From Aeromonas phage avDM12-TAAL: DNA of 24,000 nucleotides. The DNA lies in sequence record OP380604.1. One strand, 5' to 3'. The translations under genes and the position numbers were made by a program. The notes beneath the pieces were generated by a model that ran no database searches, was not told the origin of the DNA, and saw nothing but the letters and a program-made list of their open reading frames with translations. Of this stretch, positions 7,703-15,646 are shown one piece after another (position 1 is the first letter of the stretch; every line of letters begins with the position of its first letter).

Positions 7703-9084
7703 AATCGGAGTATTTTCCGAGAGGACCGATTCGAATCATTTTCGAATTGATTCAAAAGCATTATAACGAATACAAGACTATTCCGACTCATAACGCGCTG
7801 GTGATTGCGCTGGAGAAACGAACCGGCATCGCACAAGTTGAGTTTGACGAAGCGTATGCTGGTATCGCTGAACTCACTGGTGTGCCGGAAGATCTCGCTT
7901 GGCTGCTTTCTGAAACCGAGAAGTATTGTCAAGAAAGAGCGATGCACAATGCTTTATCGGAAGCAATTCGAATTCAAGAGAATCACGCTAAACCTCTTGA
8001 TGAACGAGATAAACGAATTGCCGACATCGGTGCTATTCCCGATTTGATGAAAAACGCTCTTGCTGTTGCGTTTAATATTGCAATCGGCCACGATTACTTT
8101 GATGATGTTGAATCGCGATTCCAAAGTTATCGGATGAAAGCTAAAAAGATTCCGTTTACAACTCGCATTCTGAATACAATCACCAAAGGTGGTGTCGAGC
8201 GTAAAACACTGAACTTGATCCTCGCCGGTGTTAACGTCGGTAAGTCTCTGGGTCTGTGTCACTTGGCTTGTGAGTATCTGTTACAAGGTTATAACGTGCT
8301 TTACGTGTCCATGGAAATGGGCGAAGAAGTATGCGGTAAACGTATCGATGCCAACTTGCTTGATGTTAGCTTGGATGATATCGATGATGGCTTGATCTCT
8401 GAGTCTGATTTTATGCGTCGATTCGGCGCACTGAAACAGAAAAACTGCGGTAAGCTTGTTGTCAAGCAATTCCCAACCGGTGCGGCTAACGTCAACCACT
8501 TGAACAACTTGATGGCAGATTTGCAGATCAAGAAAGGTTTCAAGCCAGATATCGTTATCGTGGATTATCTCGGTATCATGTGCTCCAAGCGTATGACTGC
8601 TTATTCCGAGAATAGCTATACGCTTGTTAAAGCAATCGCCGAGGAACTGCGTGGCTTTGCTGTGGAGCATAACGTTGTTGTGTGGTCCGCTGCTCAAACT
8701 ACTCGTGGTGGCTGGGATAGTTCTGATATCAGTATGTCAGACATTGCTGAATCTGCTGGTCTTGCTGCTACTGCTGACTTTATTCTTGCTGCTATGGAAA
8801 CAGACGAACTAGCCGAAATCGGCCAACAATTGATGAAGCAGATCAAATCCCGTTATGGCGATAAGAACAAGTTTTCACGCTTCAATCTTTGTGTTGATAA
8901 GAGCAAGCAGCGTTGGTCCGAGCCGGAAGGTAATTTCGGTGGTAATCTGAATGATGCAAATGATCGTATGCAAGCGACACACAAGGAAAATGTTGCGAAA
9001 GCCAAAGATATGAGCACTCGGAATAAAATGGAACAACTTGCTGCGATGAATGATGCAAGCGACGCGGTTGATTGGGGGATTTAA
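7627..9084 (+). CDS. 41: replicative DnaB-family helicase (T4 gp41-like)
   Basis: ILAGVNVGKSLGLCHLA Walker A, VLYVSMEMGEEVCGKRIDANLLDVSLDDIDDG, VIVDYLGI, SVSDIAESAGL-type segment (MSDIAESAGLAATADF), IKQIKSRYGDKN; collinear with T4 gp41. Confidence 0.97.
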   Translation: MSIEQSILTNLLVSEEYFRQVFPFLKSEYFPRGPIRIIFELIQKHYNEYKTIPTHNALVIALEKRTGIAQVEFDEAYAGIAELTGVPEDLAWLLSETEKYCQERAMHNALSEAIRIQENHAKPLDERDKRIADIGAIPDLMKNALAVAFNIAIGHDYFDDVESRFQSYRMKAKKIPFTTRILNTITKGGVERKTLNLILAGVNVGKSLGLCHLACEYLLQGYNVLYVSMEMGEEVCGKRIDANLLDVSLDDIDDGLISESDFMRRFGALKQKNCGKLVVKQFPTGAANVNHLNNLMADLQIKKGFKPDIVIVDYLGIMCSKRMTAYSENSYTLVKAIAEELRGFAVEHNVVVWSAAQTTRGGWDSSDISMSDIAESAGLAATADFILAAMETDELAEIGQQLMKQIKSRYGDKNKFSRFNLCVDKSKQRWSEPEGNFGGNLNDANDRMQATHKENVAKAKDMSTRNKMEQLAAMNDASDAVDWGI

Positions 9085-9117
9085 TCCCCTTTTCATAAAT
9101 AAGAGTTTGGAGGTGTT

Positions 9118-9585
9118 ATGAGTGCAAAGACGATTATGGATGCGGTTTACGCATACCGTTTAGCTACTCTATTAGGGAAATCTTTCTCTAAGTGGGAAGC
9201 GCATAAGCTAGGTATCATTGACGATCAAGGCAACGTGTTGCGACGTCCTGAGACTCCCAGAGAAAAATCGCATTATACCAAGTTTCATAGCATGGTAAGA
9301 AGTCTGAAACAGACAATTCAGCGATTTAGTGGTGGGTTTGGGACGACTGCATTGGCAGTGAAGATGGGGTGGAACGCCGTTATCAAAGAATATGGCGAGC
9401 CGGATCTATCTCGGATGCCGCTAGTTGAGTGTGAAGAAGATAGCGATTTGCACAAGCTGATCGAAATGGTCTCCGGTGATTGTGGTGGCGATGCTACTAA
9501 GATCGCAACTGGCGAGAAAAGTGGTTCTGTTACAGATATGAGCGCTGGACAGACGAAAAAGATTGATAAGAAAAAGAAAAGCTGA
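9118..9585 (+). CDS. hypothetical phage protein, 155 aa, lysine-rich tail
   Basis: ATG with GGAGG Shine-Dalgarno; N-terminal YAYRLATLLGKSFSKWEAHKLGIIDDQGNVLRRPETPREKSHYTKFHSMVRSLKQ looks like a recurrent phage motif (W/AxKLGIID..GxxLR). Confidence 0.8.
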   Translation: MSAKTIMDAVYAYRLATLLGKSFSKWEAHKLGIIDDQGNVLRRPETPREKSHYTKFHSMVRSLKQTIQRFSGGFGTTALAVKMGWNAVIKEYGEPDLSRMPLVECEEDSDLHKLIEMVSGDCGGDATKIATGEKSGSVTDMSAGQTKKIDKKKKS

Positions 9586-9591
9586 TACAAT
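9563..9591 (+). promoter_or_regulatory. sigma70-like promoter TTGATA-17-TACAAT inside the 3' end of the 155-aa gene, upstream of primase
   Basis: Good hexamers, 17-nt spacing. Confidence 0.55.
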
Positions 9592-9613
9592 GCCCCTTAA
9601 TTGGGGCATTTTT
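9589..9613 (+). terminator. intrinsic terminator AATGCCCC-TTAATT-GGGGCATTTTT
   Basis: Perfect 8-bp stem with T-run; left arm overlaps the -10 box of the candidate promoter. Confidence 0.85.
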
Positions 9614-9626
9614 GTTTGGAGAAACT

Positions 9627-10661
9627 ATGCTTTATCTACAACGTCATATGGCGCACCAGATCGCGTTTGTGTTGCCGATGTTTTCTGATCACAGTCGAGC
9701 GCACGAAATCAAGTACAATTTCCGTTGTCATATTTGCGGCGACTCGCAGAAAGACAAGTATAAATCGCGTGGCTGGTTTTATGAGCGCGACGGTCAAGTT
9801 TGGTACGGTTGTTTCAACTGCGGCAAACAGTTGCCGTTTTCGCTCTATCTCCAGATGTATCACGAAGAATTATACCGTGAGTACATCAAAGAGAAGTACA
9901 AAGATAACGAGCGTCCAAAGCGCCAGGAAGTCAATCTAAATCTTGGTTCAAAACTTGAGAAAAAAGAGCAAAAAGTTGTTTCCGATCTCCCTTTTTGTGT
10001 TAAACTATCCGAACTGAGAGAAGATCATCCAGTTGTTCGATACATGATTGATCGATGTATACCGAAAGATAAACTGAAACTGTTTTATTTCACCGACAAC
10101 TGGAAAGCTCTGAGCAATCACATTAAGCCAGAGACGTATAAGGTCGTTGATCGTGAATACCGACTTGTTATTCCTATTCACAATCAAGACGGAACTGTTA
10201 GCTGTATTCAGGGACGCGCATTGGGTAATGTTGACAAGAATCAACGATATCTGACTGTTAAGCCCGATGATCAAGCTAATAAAATTTATGGACTTGAACG
10301 TGTTGACGGCAGTAAAACTGTCTTTTACTTTGAAGGTCCGATTGACAGTGTTTTTATTCCAAACTCTCTAGCTATCGTCGGTGGCTCCATGCATCTAAAC
10401 GACGCTCCATTCAAGAGCAAGCGCGTATGGGTGCTAGACAACGAGCCGAGATCGAAAGAGACGGTAGAGCGGTTGGAGAAGCTTATCGACGCTGGCGAGA
10501 AAGTGGTTGTGTGGTACGAATGTCCTTGGAAGTCGAAAGACATTAACGACATGATCAAAAACGAAGGCGCTACTGCCGAACAAATTGAACAGTATTTAAA
10601 GCAGAATATCGTTTCTGGTTTAAGTGCTAAACGTAGACTATCCGAATGGAGAAAAATCTGA
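9627..10661 (+). CDS. 61: DNA primase (T4 gp61-like); start ATG 9627 preferred over TTG 9612
   Basis: Zinc-binding FRCHICGDSQKDKYKSRGW...CFNCG, FYFEGPIDSVFI, VWVLDNEPRSKETVERLEKLIDAGE; matches the T4 gp61 layout; GGAG before the ATG. Confidence 0.95.
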   Translation: MLYLQRHMAHQIAFVLPMFSDHSRAHEIKYNFRCHICGDSQKDKYKSRGWFYERDGQVWYGCFNCGKQLPFSLYLQMYHEELYREYIKEKYKDNERPKRQEVNLNLGSKLEKKEQKVVSDLPFCVKLSELREDHPVVRYMIDRCIPKDKLKLFYFTDNWKALSNHIKPETYKVVDREYRLVIPIHNQDGTVSCIQGRALGNVDKNQRYLTVKPDDQANKIYGLERVDGSKTVFYFEGPIDSVFIPNSLAIVGGSMHLNDAPFKSKRVWVLDNEPRSKETVERLEKLIDAGEKVVVWYECPWKSKDINDMIKNEGATAEQIEQYLKQNIVSGLSAKRRLSEWRKI

Positions 10662-11147
10662 ATGAATGTTATTCCTGTAATCCGACTGCCTCATTATCTG
10701 CCTGAGTGGGAACTGCCCGCTTTCAAATCTGCCGAAGCCGCTGGTATCGATCTGCGAGCCGCTATCGGTGAAACTGTAGTTCTGAAACCGGGCGAAGATA
10801 TCGTGATCCCGTCTGGCCTGAAAATGGATATTGGTGCTCTGCAACTCGCAAATGTGTTTCTCGATATCGGTGTTTATGGCTGCATTCTGCCGCGCTCCGG
10901 TCTGGGATTCAAGCATTATGTCCGTCTCGCTAATACCGCTGGTGTTATCGACTCTGACTATCACGGCGAGATCATGATCAAGCTGCGTAACGAAGGAACT
11001 GACGATCTGGCTATCGTGCCGGGTGATCGTGTTGTGCAGATGGTATTTCATCTGTATGTTAAGGGATTCGAGCTAAAAGAAGTTTCTGAATTTTCACGTA
11101 ACACCGAACGCGGCGAATCTGGATTCGGGAGTTCTGGCGTTAAATGA
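10662..11147 (+). CDS. dut: trimeric dUTPase (dUTP diphosphatase)
   Basis: AGIDLRA, PRSGLGFKH, NTAGVIDSDYHGEIMIKLRNEG, GDRVVQMVF, C-terminal RGESGFGSSG motif. Confidence 0.96.
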   Translation: MNVIPVIRLPHYLPEWELPAFKSAEAAGIDLRAAIGETVVLKPGEDIVIPSGLKMDIGALQLANVFLDIGVYGCILPRSGLGFKHYVRLANTAGVIDSDYHGEIMIKLRNEGTDDLAIVPGDRVVQMVFHLYVKGFELKEVSEFSRNTERGESGFGSSGVK

Positions 11148-11824
11148 TTCAAGTTCCAGAGTACGATGATTATATCATCGACATGGAGACATTTAGCAAT
11201 AAAGCGAACGCAACAGTTATTGATCTAGCTGCTATCGTTTATCGGGAGGATATTCAGAATCCTCCCAGCTTTCAAGAACTTGTGTCCCGTGGCATCAAGA
11301 TCAAATTTGACTTGAAATCCCAGTCAAATCGACATAAAATGAAATCCACAATCGAGTGGTGGAAGAATCAGAGTCCAGATGCTAAAAAGAACTTGAAACC
11401 CAGCTTGGATGATGTTAATATCAACGTCGGCATGGAAAAGTTCTTTGACTATATCAGACGTCCTGGTTTCAAAGTTGACTATTGGAAATCACTCGCGTGG
11501 TGTCGTGGTAATAGTTTTGACTTTACGATATTCGAGGATATGCTTTCCGAATATCTCGAACAAGATGATACGATTTTTGAACAACCTGTTAACTTCTCTC
11601 GCCAACGCGATATTAGAACAGCAATTGAACAAAACTTGTGTTCAAGAATGCAAACTATTTGCCCACTTCCGAAAGGAACACTTGACGGATTCGTGAAACA
11701 TGATAGTATTCACGACGCCGCAAAAGATGTTCTCATGTTGATCTACTCTAAGCGTTATGCTTGGGGACTAGAAGAAATGCCAACTGGCGACAATGTAGAC
11801 CCACATTCTATTTTAAGAGGCTAA
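11144..11824 (+). CDS. dexA: DexA-like 3'-5' DNA exonuclease
   Basis: YIIDMETF, LVSRGIKIKFDLKSQ, KSTIEWWKNQSPDAKKN, WCRGNSFDF, CPLPKGTLDGFVKHDSIHDAAKDVLM strongly resemble T4 DexA; ATGA overlap with dut. Confidence 0.96.
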   Translation: MIQVPEYDDYIIDMETFSNKANATVIDLAAIVYREDIQNPPSFQELVSRGIKIKFDLKSQSNRHKMKSTIEWWKNQSPDAKKNLKPSLDDVNINVGMEKFFDYIRRPGFKVDYWKSLAWCRGNSFDFTIFEDMLSEYLEQDDTIFEQPVNFSRQRDIRTAIEQNLCSRMQTICPLPKGTLDGFVKHDSIHDAAKDVLMLIYSKRYAWGLEEMPTGDNVDPHSILRG

Positions 11825-11826
11825 AG

Positions 11827-12009
11827 ATGAAAATCAACGAAGTACGTTATAATGAAATCCTGGCTACCGTCGAAGGCGCATTTGAGCATACTTCGTATGG
11901 CTTCGGCGAAATGACCACTGTAATTTACGACAAAGACGGCAAAGCGTTGGCAGAACGAATCGTTACCGATGCTGGCACCGAATACACTGAATACAACGAG
12001 GAACTGTAA
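11827..12009 (+). CDS. hypothetical protein, 60 aa (start revised to ATG 11827)
   Basis: ATG 2 nt after the dexA stop; stop overlaps the next start (TAATG). Confidence 0.7.
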   Translation: MKINEVRYNEILATVEGAFEHTSYGFGEMTTVIYDKDGKALAERIVTDAGTEYTEYNEEL

Positions 12010-12212
12010 TGGAAGAAAGAATTTTTACTGAGTTCGAACAAAAACAAATCGACACTCTGGATCGCACTGTGTACAACCTGATCGAAAGTTCACGCGAAGT
12101 TATCTTCCGTGCGATCATGGATCTGCGTGTTCCGTCTGATATCGATATCGAATCTCGGGTAGACGGTATCATTGCCAGCTACAAACGTGCATACGCTTTT
12201 ATTAAGGGTTAA
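12009..12212 (+). CDS. hypothetical protein, 67 aa
   Basis: TAATG coupling to the upstream ORF. Confidence 0.7.
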   Translation: MEERIFTEFEQKQIDTLDRTVYNLIESSREVIFRAIMDLRVPSDIDIESRVDGIIASYKRAYAFIKG

Positions 12213-12214
12213 AA

Positions 12215-12715
12215 ATGTTTCCACTTGATGTTCGTCTTGCTCCTGTGAATCGCATCGATTGTGAGCGAGAATTTCAGAAAGCATACAACTGGGAAAATCT
12301 GAACGAAGAACAGCGTTTCATTGTTCGCGGTGGCTGCTGGAATACTTGGGTAATGGGCTGGAATGCCGCTCAAAATCTCAAGTCAGTTGACCCCATCGCC
12401 AAAGTGTTGGAAACGTCTCAGATTGCAGATGTACAACGTAGCCAACACTATGTACTGGGCAAGTGTACGGAAGAGCTTGGTGAAGCGGCTACCGTGATTA
12501 ACAAGCCACATAAGCAACACCCAGAGCCACTGCATTGTGAGATCGCAGATCTGATTATCAGCGGCGTCGACCTTGTTTACGTTGAGTTGTACGAGCGACT
12601 TTCAAAAGAACTAGGTACCAAGGTAGATGAAGCACTTGTTGCCGACAAAGCGCGTGAAATGATCGTTAATGCTATTATCAGCAAAAACGAAAAGTGGAAG
12701 AAACAGGTAATCTAA
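12215..12715 (+). CDS. MazG-like all-alpha NTP pyrophosphohydrolase domain protein
   Basis: LGKCTEELGEAATVIN...EPLHCEIADLIISGVDLVY fits the MazG EExxE...ExxD metal-binding pattern. Confidence 0.7.
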   Translation: MFPLDVRLAPVNRIDCEREFQKAYNWENLNEEQRFIVRGGCWNTWVMGWNAAQNLKSVDPIAKVLETSQIADVQRSQHYVLGKCTEELGEAATVINKPHKQHPEPLHCEIADLIISGVDLVYVELYERLSKELGTKVDEALVADKAREMIVNAIISKNEKWKKQVI

Positions 12716-12717
12716 CG

Positions 12718-12745
12718 TTTACCTAATCGATTTTTTGTGTATAAT
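12718..12745 (+). promoter_or_regulatory. sigma70-like promoter TTTACC-16-TATAAT upstream of gene 39
   Basis: Perfect -10; begins 3 nt after the upstream stop codon. Confidence 0.7.
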
Positions 12746-12767
12746 GTGGAGTCTAAGTGCTCCACAT
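12744..12767 (+). repeat. inverted repeat ATGTGGAG-TCTAAGTG-CTCCACAT overlapping the -10 and start region of the gene 39 promoter
   Basis: 8-bp perfect arms, 8-nt spacer. Confidence 0.75.
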
Positions 12768-12780
12768 ATAAGAGGTATAA

Positions 12781-14622
12781 ATGTCACAAGAGTTTAAAGT
12801 TTTATCCGACAAAGAACACTGCCTTATCAATACGGACATGTACATCGGGAGTACGAGCCTAGAGGTTCACGATGTTCTTGTAGATGGCAAGTTTGTTCCG
12901 ATTGGTTATATTCCAGGTCTAGTCAAGATCACGGATGAAGTAATCGATAACTGTGTGGATGAAGCAATTCGGACTAACTTCGAACATGCCAATCAAATCG
13001 AAGTGTCTATTAAAGACAATCAGGTATCAGTGAAAGATAACGGTCGTGGTTTGCCCCAGGGTATGGTAGTCACTCCGGAAGGCGTTGAAGTACCGTTGCC
13101 ACTTGCGGCTTGGACTCGCGCTCGCGCTGGCTCTAACTTCTCCGCAGATCGCAAGACTATCGGTAAAAACGGTGTTGGATCCGCGTTAACTAACTTTTTC
13201 TCTGATAGTTTCGTTGGTGAAACCGGTAACGGCACAAATACCGTAACTGTACGTTGCACAAACAACGCGGATGAAGTAAGTTACACAACTAAAGCGGGTA
13301 AATTCAAGGGCACGACTGTAACGTTTGTTCCTGATTTCACCAGATTTGGTGTGTTCCAGCTTGATGAAGATTTCGAGCAAGTTATTCAGTCCAGACTGTT
13401 GACTCTTGCTGTAAACTTCCCGCAGATTACTTTCAAGTATAACGGCAAGAAAGTTGAAGGTAAGTTCAACAAATTCGCTGCACAATTTGGTGATGTTGTA
13501 AGCCACAACGATGAAAACGTTAGCTTGTTCTTTGCGACTTCCGAAGAATACAGACAACTGAGCTTTGTTAACGGTGTTCACACAAAGCAGGGTGGTAATC
13601 ACGTTTATGGCGTGTTGGACTCTCTGAGCGACGAACTGATTCCGATGATCAAGCGTCAGCACAAGATCGAAATCAATAAGGCTCGTATCAAAGAATGCTT
13701 GCTTATTGGCTTGTTTATTCGTAATCTGGTAGCGCCGAAGTATGACGGTCAGACAAAAGAGCGACTGAGTTCTCCATGGGCACAGATTCGCGATCATATG
13801 AATCTGGATTATAAGGCTCTTGCTCGCAAGATTCTGAAAACTCCAGAAGTGATTGACCCGATTATTGCGTCTGCGCTGGCAAAGAAAGAAGCGGCAGATA
13901 AAGCCGCGGCAACTAAAGCCCAGAAGAAAGCAAAGAAAGCAAACGTAGCTAAACACGTTGCAGCGGCTGGTCTAGGTAGAGTTAAAACTATGTTGTTCCT
14001 TGCAGAAGGTGATTCGGCGATTGGTCCGTTCACTCGATTCCGCAACGAAGAAACACAAGGCTCGTATCCCCTGCGTGGTAAGATGCTGAACGTATGGAAT
14101 TTGCCTGATCATGAAGTGTTGAAAAACAAAGAGATTGCAGATCTACTTGGTATTCTCAACGTAGAACTCCGTTCGAAAGAAGCGCCCGCATATAGCGAAA
14201 TTGCTATCATGACAGACGCGGATCAAGACGGTAAGGGTTCTATCGCTATGTTGGCTATTGCGTTTTTCTACAAGTATTGGCCACATTGGTTTGATCAGGG
14301 ACGAATTTATATCGTTCGAACTCCTGAGTATATCAGCACAAACGGCAAAAAGACTGATTGGAGTTATTCTCGCGACGAGTTTAGAGCTAAGAAGTTCGAC
14401 GGCAAGTGGACGCATCGACACATCAAGGGTCTTGGCTCGTTGACTGTTGAAGGCGATGATTGCGAATACAAACAATGTATTGAAAATCTCGTGTTGGAAC
14501 AAGTCGTTATCGATGATCAAACTGCCGAAATGCTGGAAATGTTGTTCGGTGATGATGAACACAAGCGCAAACAGTGGCTTGGTTTCGATGATGATATCAT
14601 TATTGAAGAGGAAGAGGGTTGA
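12781..14622 (+). CDS. 39: type II DNA topoisomerase large subunit (T4 gp39-like, single 613-aa ORF)
   Basis: GHKL ATPase motifs DNCVDEAIR, VKDNGRGLP, GKNGVGSALTNFFSD; Toprim-type FLAEGDSA, MTDADQDGKGSI. Confidence 0.96.
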   Translation: MSQEFKVLSDKEHCLINTDMYIGSTSLEVHDVLVDGKFVPIGYIPGLVKITDEVIDNCVDEAIRTNFEHANQIEVSIKDNQVSVKDNGRGLPQGMVVTPEGVEVPLPLAAWTRARAGSNFSADRKTIGKNGVGSALTNFFSDSFVGETGNGTNTVTVRCTNNADEVSYTTKAGKFKGTTVTFVPDFTRFGVFQLDEDFEQVIQSRLLTLAVNFPQITFKYNGKKVEGKFNKFAAQFGDVVSHNDENVSLFFATSEEYRQLSFVNGVHTKQGGNHVYGVLDSLSDELIPMIKRQHKIEINKARIKECLLIGLFIRNLVAPKYDGQTKERLSSPWAQIRDHMNLDYKALARKILKTPEVIDPIIASALAKKEAADKAAATKAQKKAKKANVAKHVAAAGLGRVKTMLFLAEGDSAIGPFTRFRNEETQGSYPLRGKMLNVWNLPDHEVLKNKEIADLLGILNVELRSKEAPAYSEIAIMTDADQDGKGSIAMLAIAFFYKYWPHWFDQGRIYIVRTPEYISTNGKKTDWSYSRDEFRAKKFDGKWTHRHIKGLGSLTVEGDDCEYKQCIENLVLEQVVIDDQTAEMLEMLFGDDEHKRKQWLGFDDDIIIEEEEG

Positions 14623-14636
14623 CACCCTCTTTTTCA
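14612..14636 (+). terminator. intrinsic terminator AAGAGGGT-TGAC-ACCCTCTTTTT at the 3' end of gene 39
   Basis: 8-bp stem, 4-nt loop, T-run; includes the gp39 stop codon. Confidence 0.85.
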
Positions 14637-14647
14637 AAGTGTAGAAT
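14619..14647 (+). promoter_or_regulatory. sigma70-type promoter TTGACA-17-TAGAAT upstream of the CYTH gene
   Basis: Consensus -35 spans the gp39 stop and the terminator loop; near-consensus -10 at 14642-14647. Confidence 0.75.
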
Positions 14648-14674
14648 CATTCCATGCTTTGAAAAGGAGAGCGT

Positions 14675-15163
14675 ATGTTACTTGAAATTGAACGTAAGTA
14701 TCTGGTAAATCAGGAAGTAGTAATCGAAGATGAACCGATTCGTAGGATAGAGATTGAGCAGTTTTATCTTGGTAAGCTGCGATTCCGTAAGCAACACCAT
14801 GGCATTTCTACCTACTTCTGGAATATGAAGTTCGGTAAAGGTATGAGTAAGATTGAACTGGAAACACGTATTCCCAAGTTCATCTATGAGTTTGCCAAAC
14901 GTCGTGCTCCGGTTGGTGGCGTGTTGAAAAAACAACGTAGCGTCTATCAGCATGGTAAGCATAAGATCGAAATGGACGAGTTCCAGAGCTATCCCTATGA
15001 AGGGTTTAAGATTGCTGAGATTGAACTTGCCCACGAAAATGAAGAAATTCTCCCGCTTCCTAAGTGGATTGGACTTGAAGTAACGGGCGACAAGCGTTAT
15101 AATAACCGTCGTATGGCTAAGAAAGCTTCTAAAAAGGTGTTGAATCAACAATGGGTAATCTGA
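14675..15163 (+). CDS. CYTH-domain protein (triphosphate tunnel metalloenzyme-like; likely inorganic/organic triphosphatase)
   Basis: N-terminal LLEIERKYLV (ExExK signature), LRFRK, FWNMKFGKG...IELETRIP, VLKKQRSVY...HKIEMDEF, GFKIAEIELAHENE, LPKWIGLEVTGDKRYNNRRMAK: ordered CYTH motifs. Confidence 0.9.
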   Translation: MLLEIERKYLVNQEVVIEDEPIRRIEIEQFYLGKLRFRKQHHGISTYFWNMKFGKGMSKIELETRIPKFIYEFAKRRAPVGGVLKKQRSVYQHGKHKIEMDEFQSYPYEGFKIAEIELAHENEEILPLPKWIGLEVTGDKRYNNRRMAKKASKKVLNQQWVI

Positions 15164-15462
15164 CTAAGAATTTGGGCGATATCTCTAAGAAAATCAGTCC
15201 GTGCATTAAAATCGGCAAGATGACTTTTCTCCGTGAGAAGTTTATCAAGTTCATCGATGTAAAGTTCGGTGAATGGGAAATGTATTGTGAAGAACACGAA
15301 ATCAAAGTTCTGCATACCGTGAAAAAAGAAGTCAAGAAGTTCCGCGAATCTCTGAAAGAGACTAGCGAGATTACCCATAAAACCGCTAATCTGAATTTGA
15401 TCTTCGGTTACGAAGTTGATCTGGAAGAGCTGGGCGAACGTTGGTTTGACGAGTATCTGTAA
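15151..15462 (+). CDS. hypothetical protein, 103 aa, overlapping the CYTH gene
   Basis: 13-nt overlap with the CYTH gene suggests translational coupling; no family recognised. Confidence 0.75.
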   Translation: MGNLTKNLGDISKKISPCIKIGKMTFLREKFIKFIDVKFGEWEMYCEEHEIKVLHTVKKEVKKFRESLKETSEITHKTANLNLIFGYEVDLEELGERWFDEYL

Positions 15463-15469
15463 AAACAGT

Positions 15470-15498
15470 TTGACTCTGTGAATCAATCCTGATAATCT
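15470..15498 (+). promoter_or_regulatory. sigma70-like promoter TTGACT-17-TAATCT upstream of rIIA
   Basis: Starts 8 nt after the upstream stop; flanked by AAAACAG/CTGTTTT inverted repeat (15462-15468 / 15497-15503). Confidence 0.7.
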
Positions 15499-15514
15499 GT
15501 TTTCAAATAAACCG

Positions 15515-15532
15515 GTGGCTGGTGTCAGCCAC
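15515..15532 (+). repeat. hairpin GTGGCTG-GTGT-CAGCCAC in the putative rIIA 5' UTR
   Basis: Perfect 7-bp stem, 4-nt loop. Confidence 0.75.
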
Positions 15533-15559
15533 TTTCTGATGTTATGTGAGGAATATATT

Positions 15560-15646
15560 ATGTCAACAATGAGAGTAAACAATGAAAATCCATCAAGAAC
15601 AAACCGAGATTTACGGAAGCGCGGCAGATCAAAGCTCTGGCTTTAA
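15560..15646 (+). other. candidate 28-codon leader ORF (MSTMRVNNENPSRTNRDLRKRGRSKLWL) overlapping the rIIA start
   Basis: GTGAGGA Shine-Dalgarno-like sequence upstream of ATG 15560; overlaps rIIA in another frame. Confidence 0.3.

Noticed and set aside
9612-9626. TTG start of primase as given in the ORF track
   Set aside because: It lies in the terminator T-run; ATG 9627 has a GGAG at correct spacing.
13186-13956. 256-aa minus-strand ORF opposite gene 39
   Set aside because: Antisense shadow of the topoisomerase ORF; no domain recognised.
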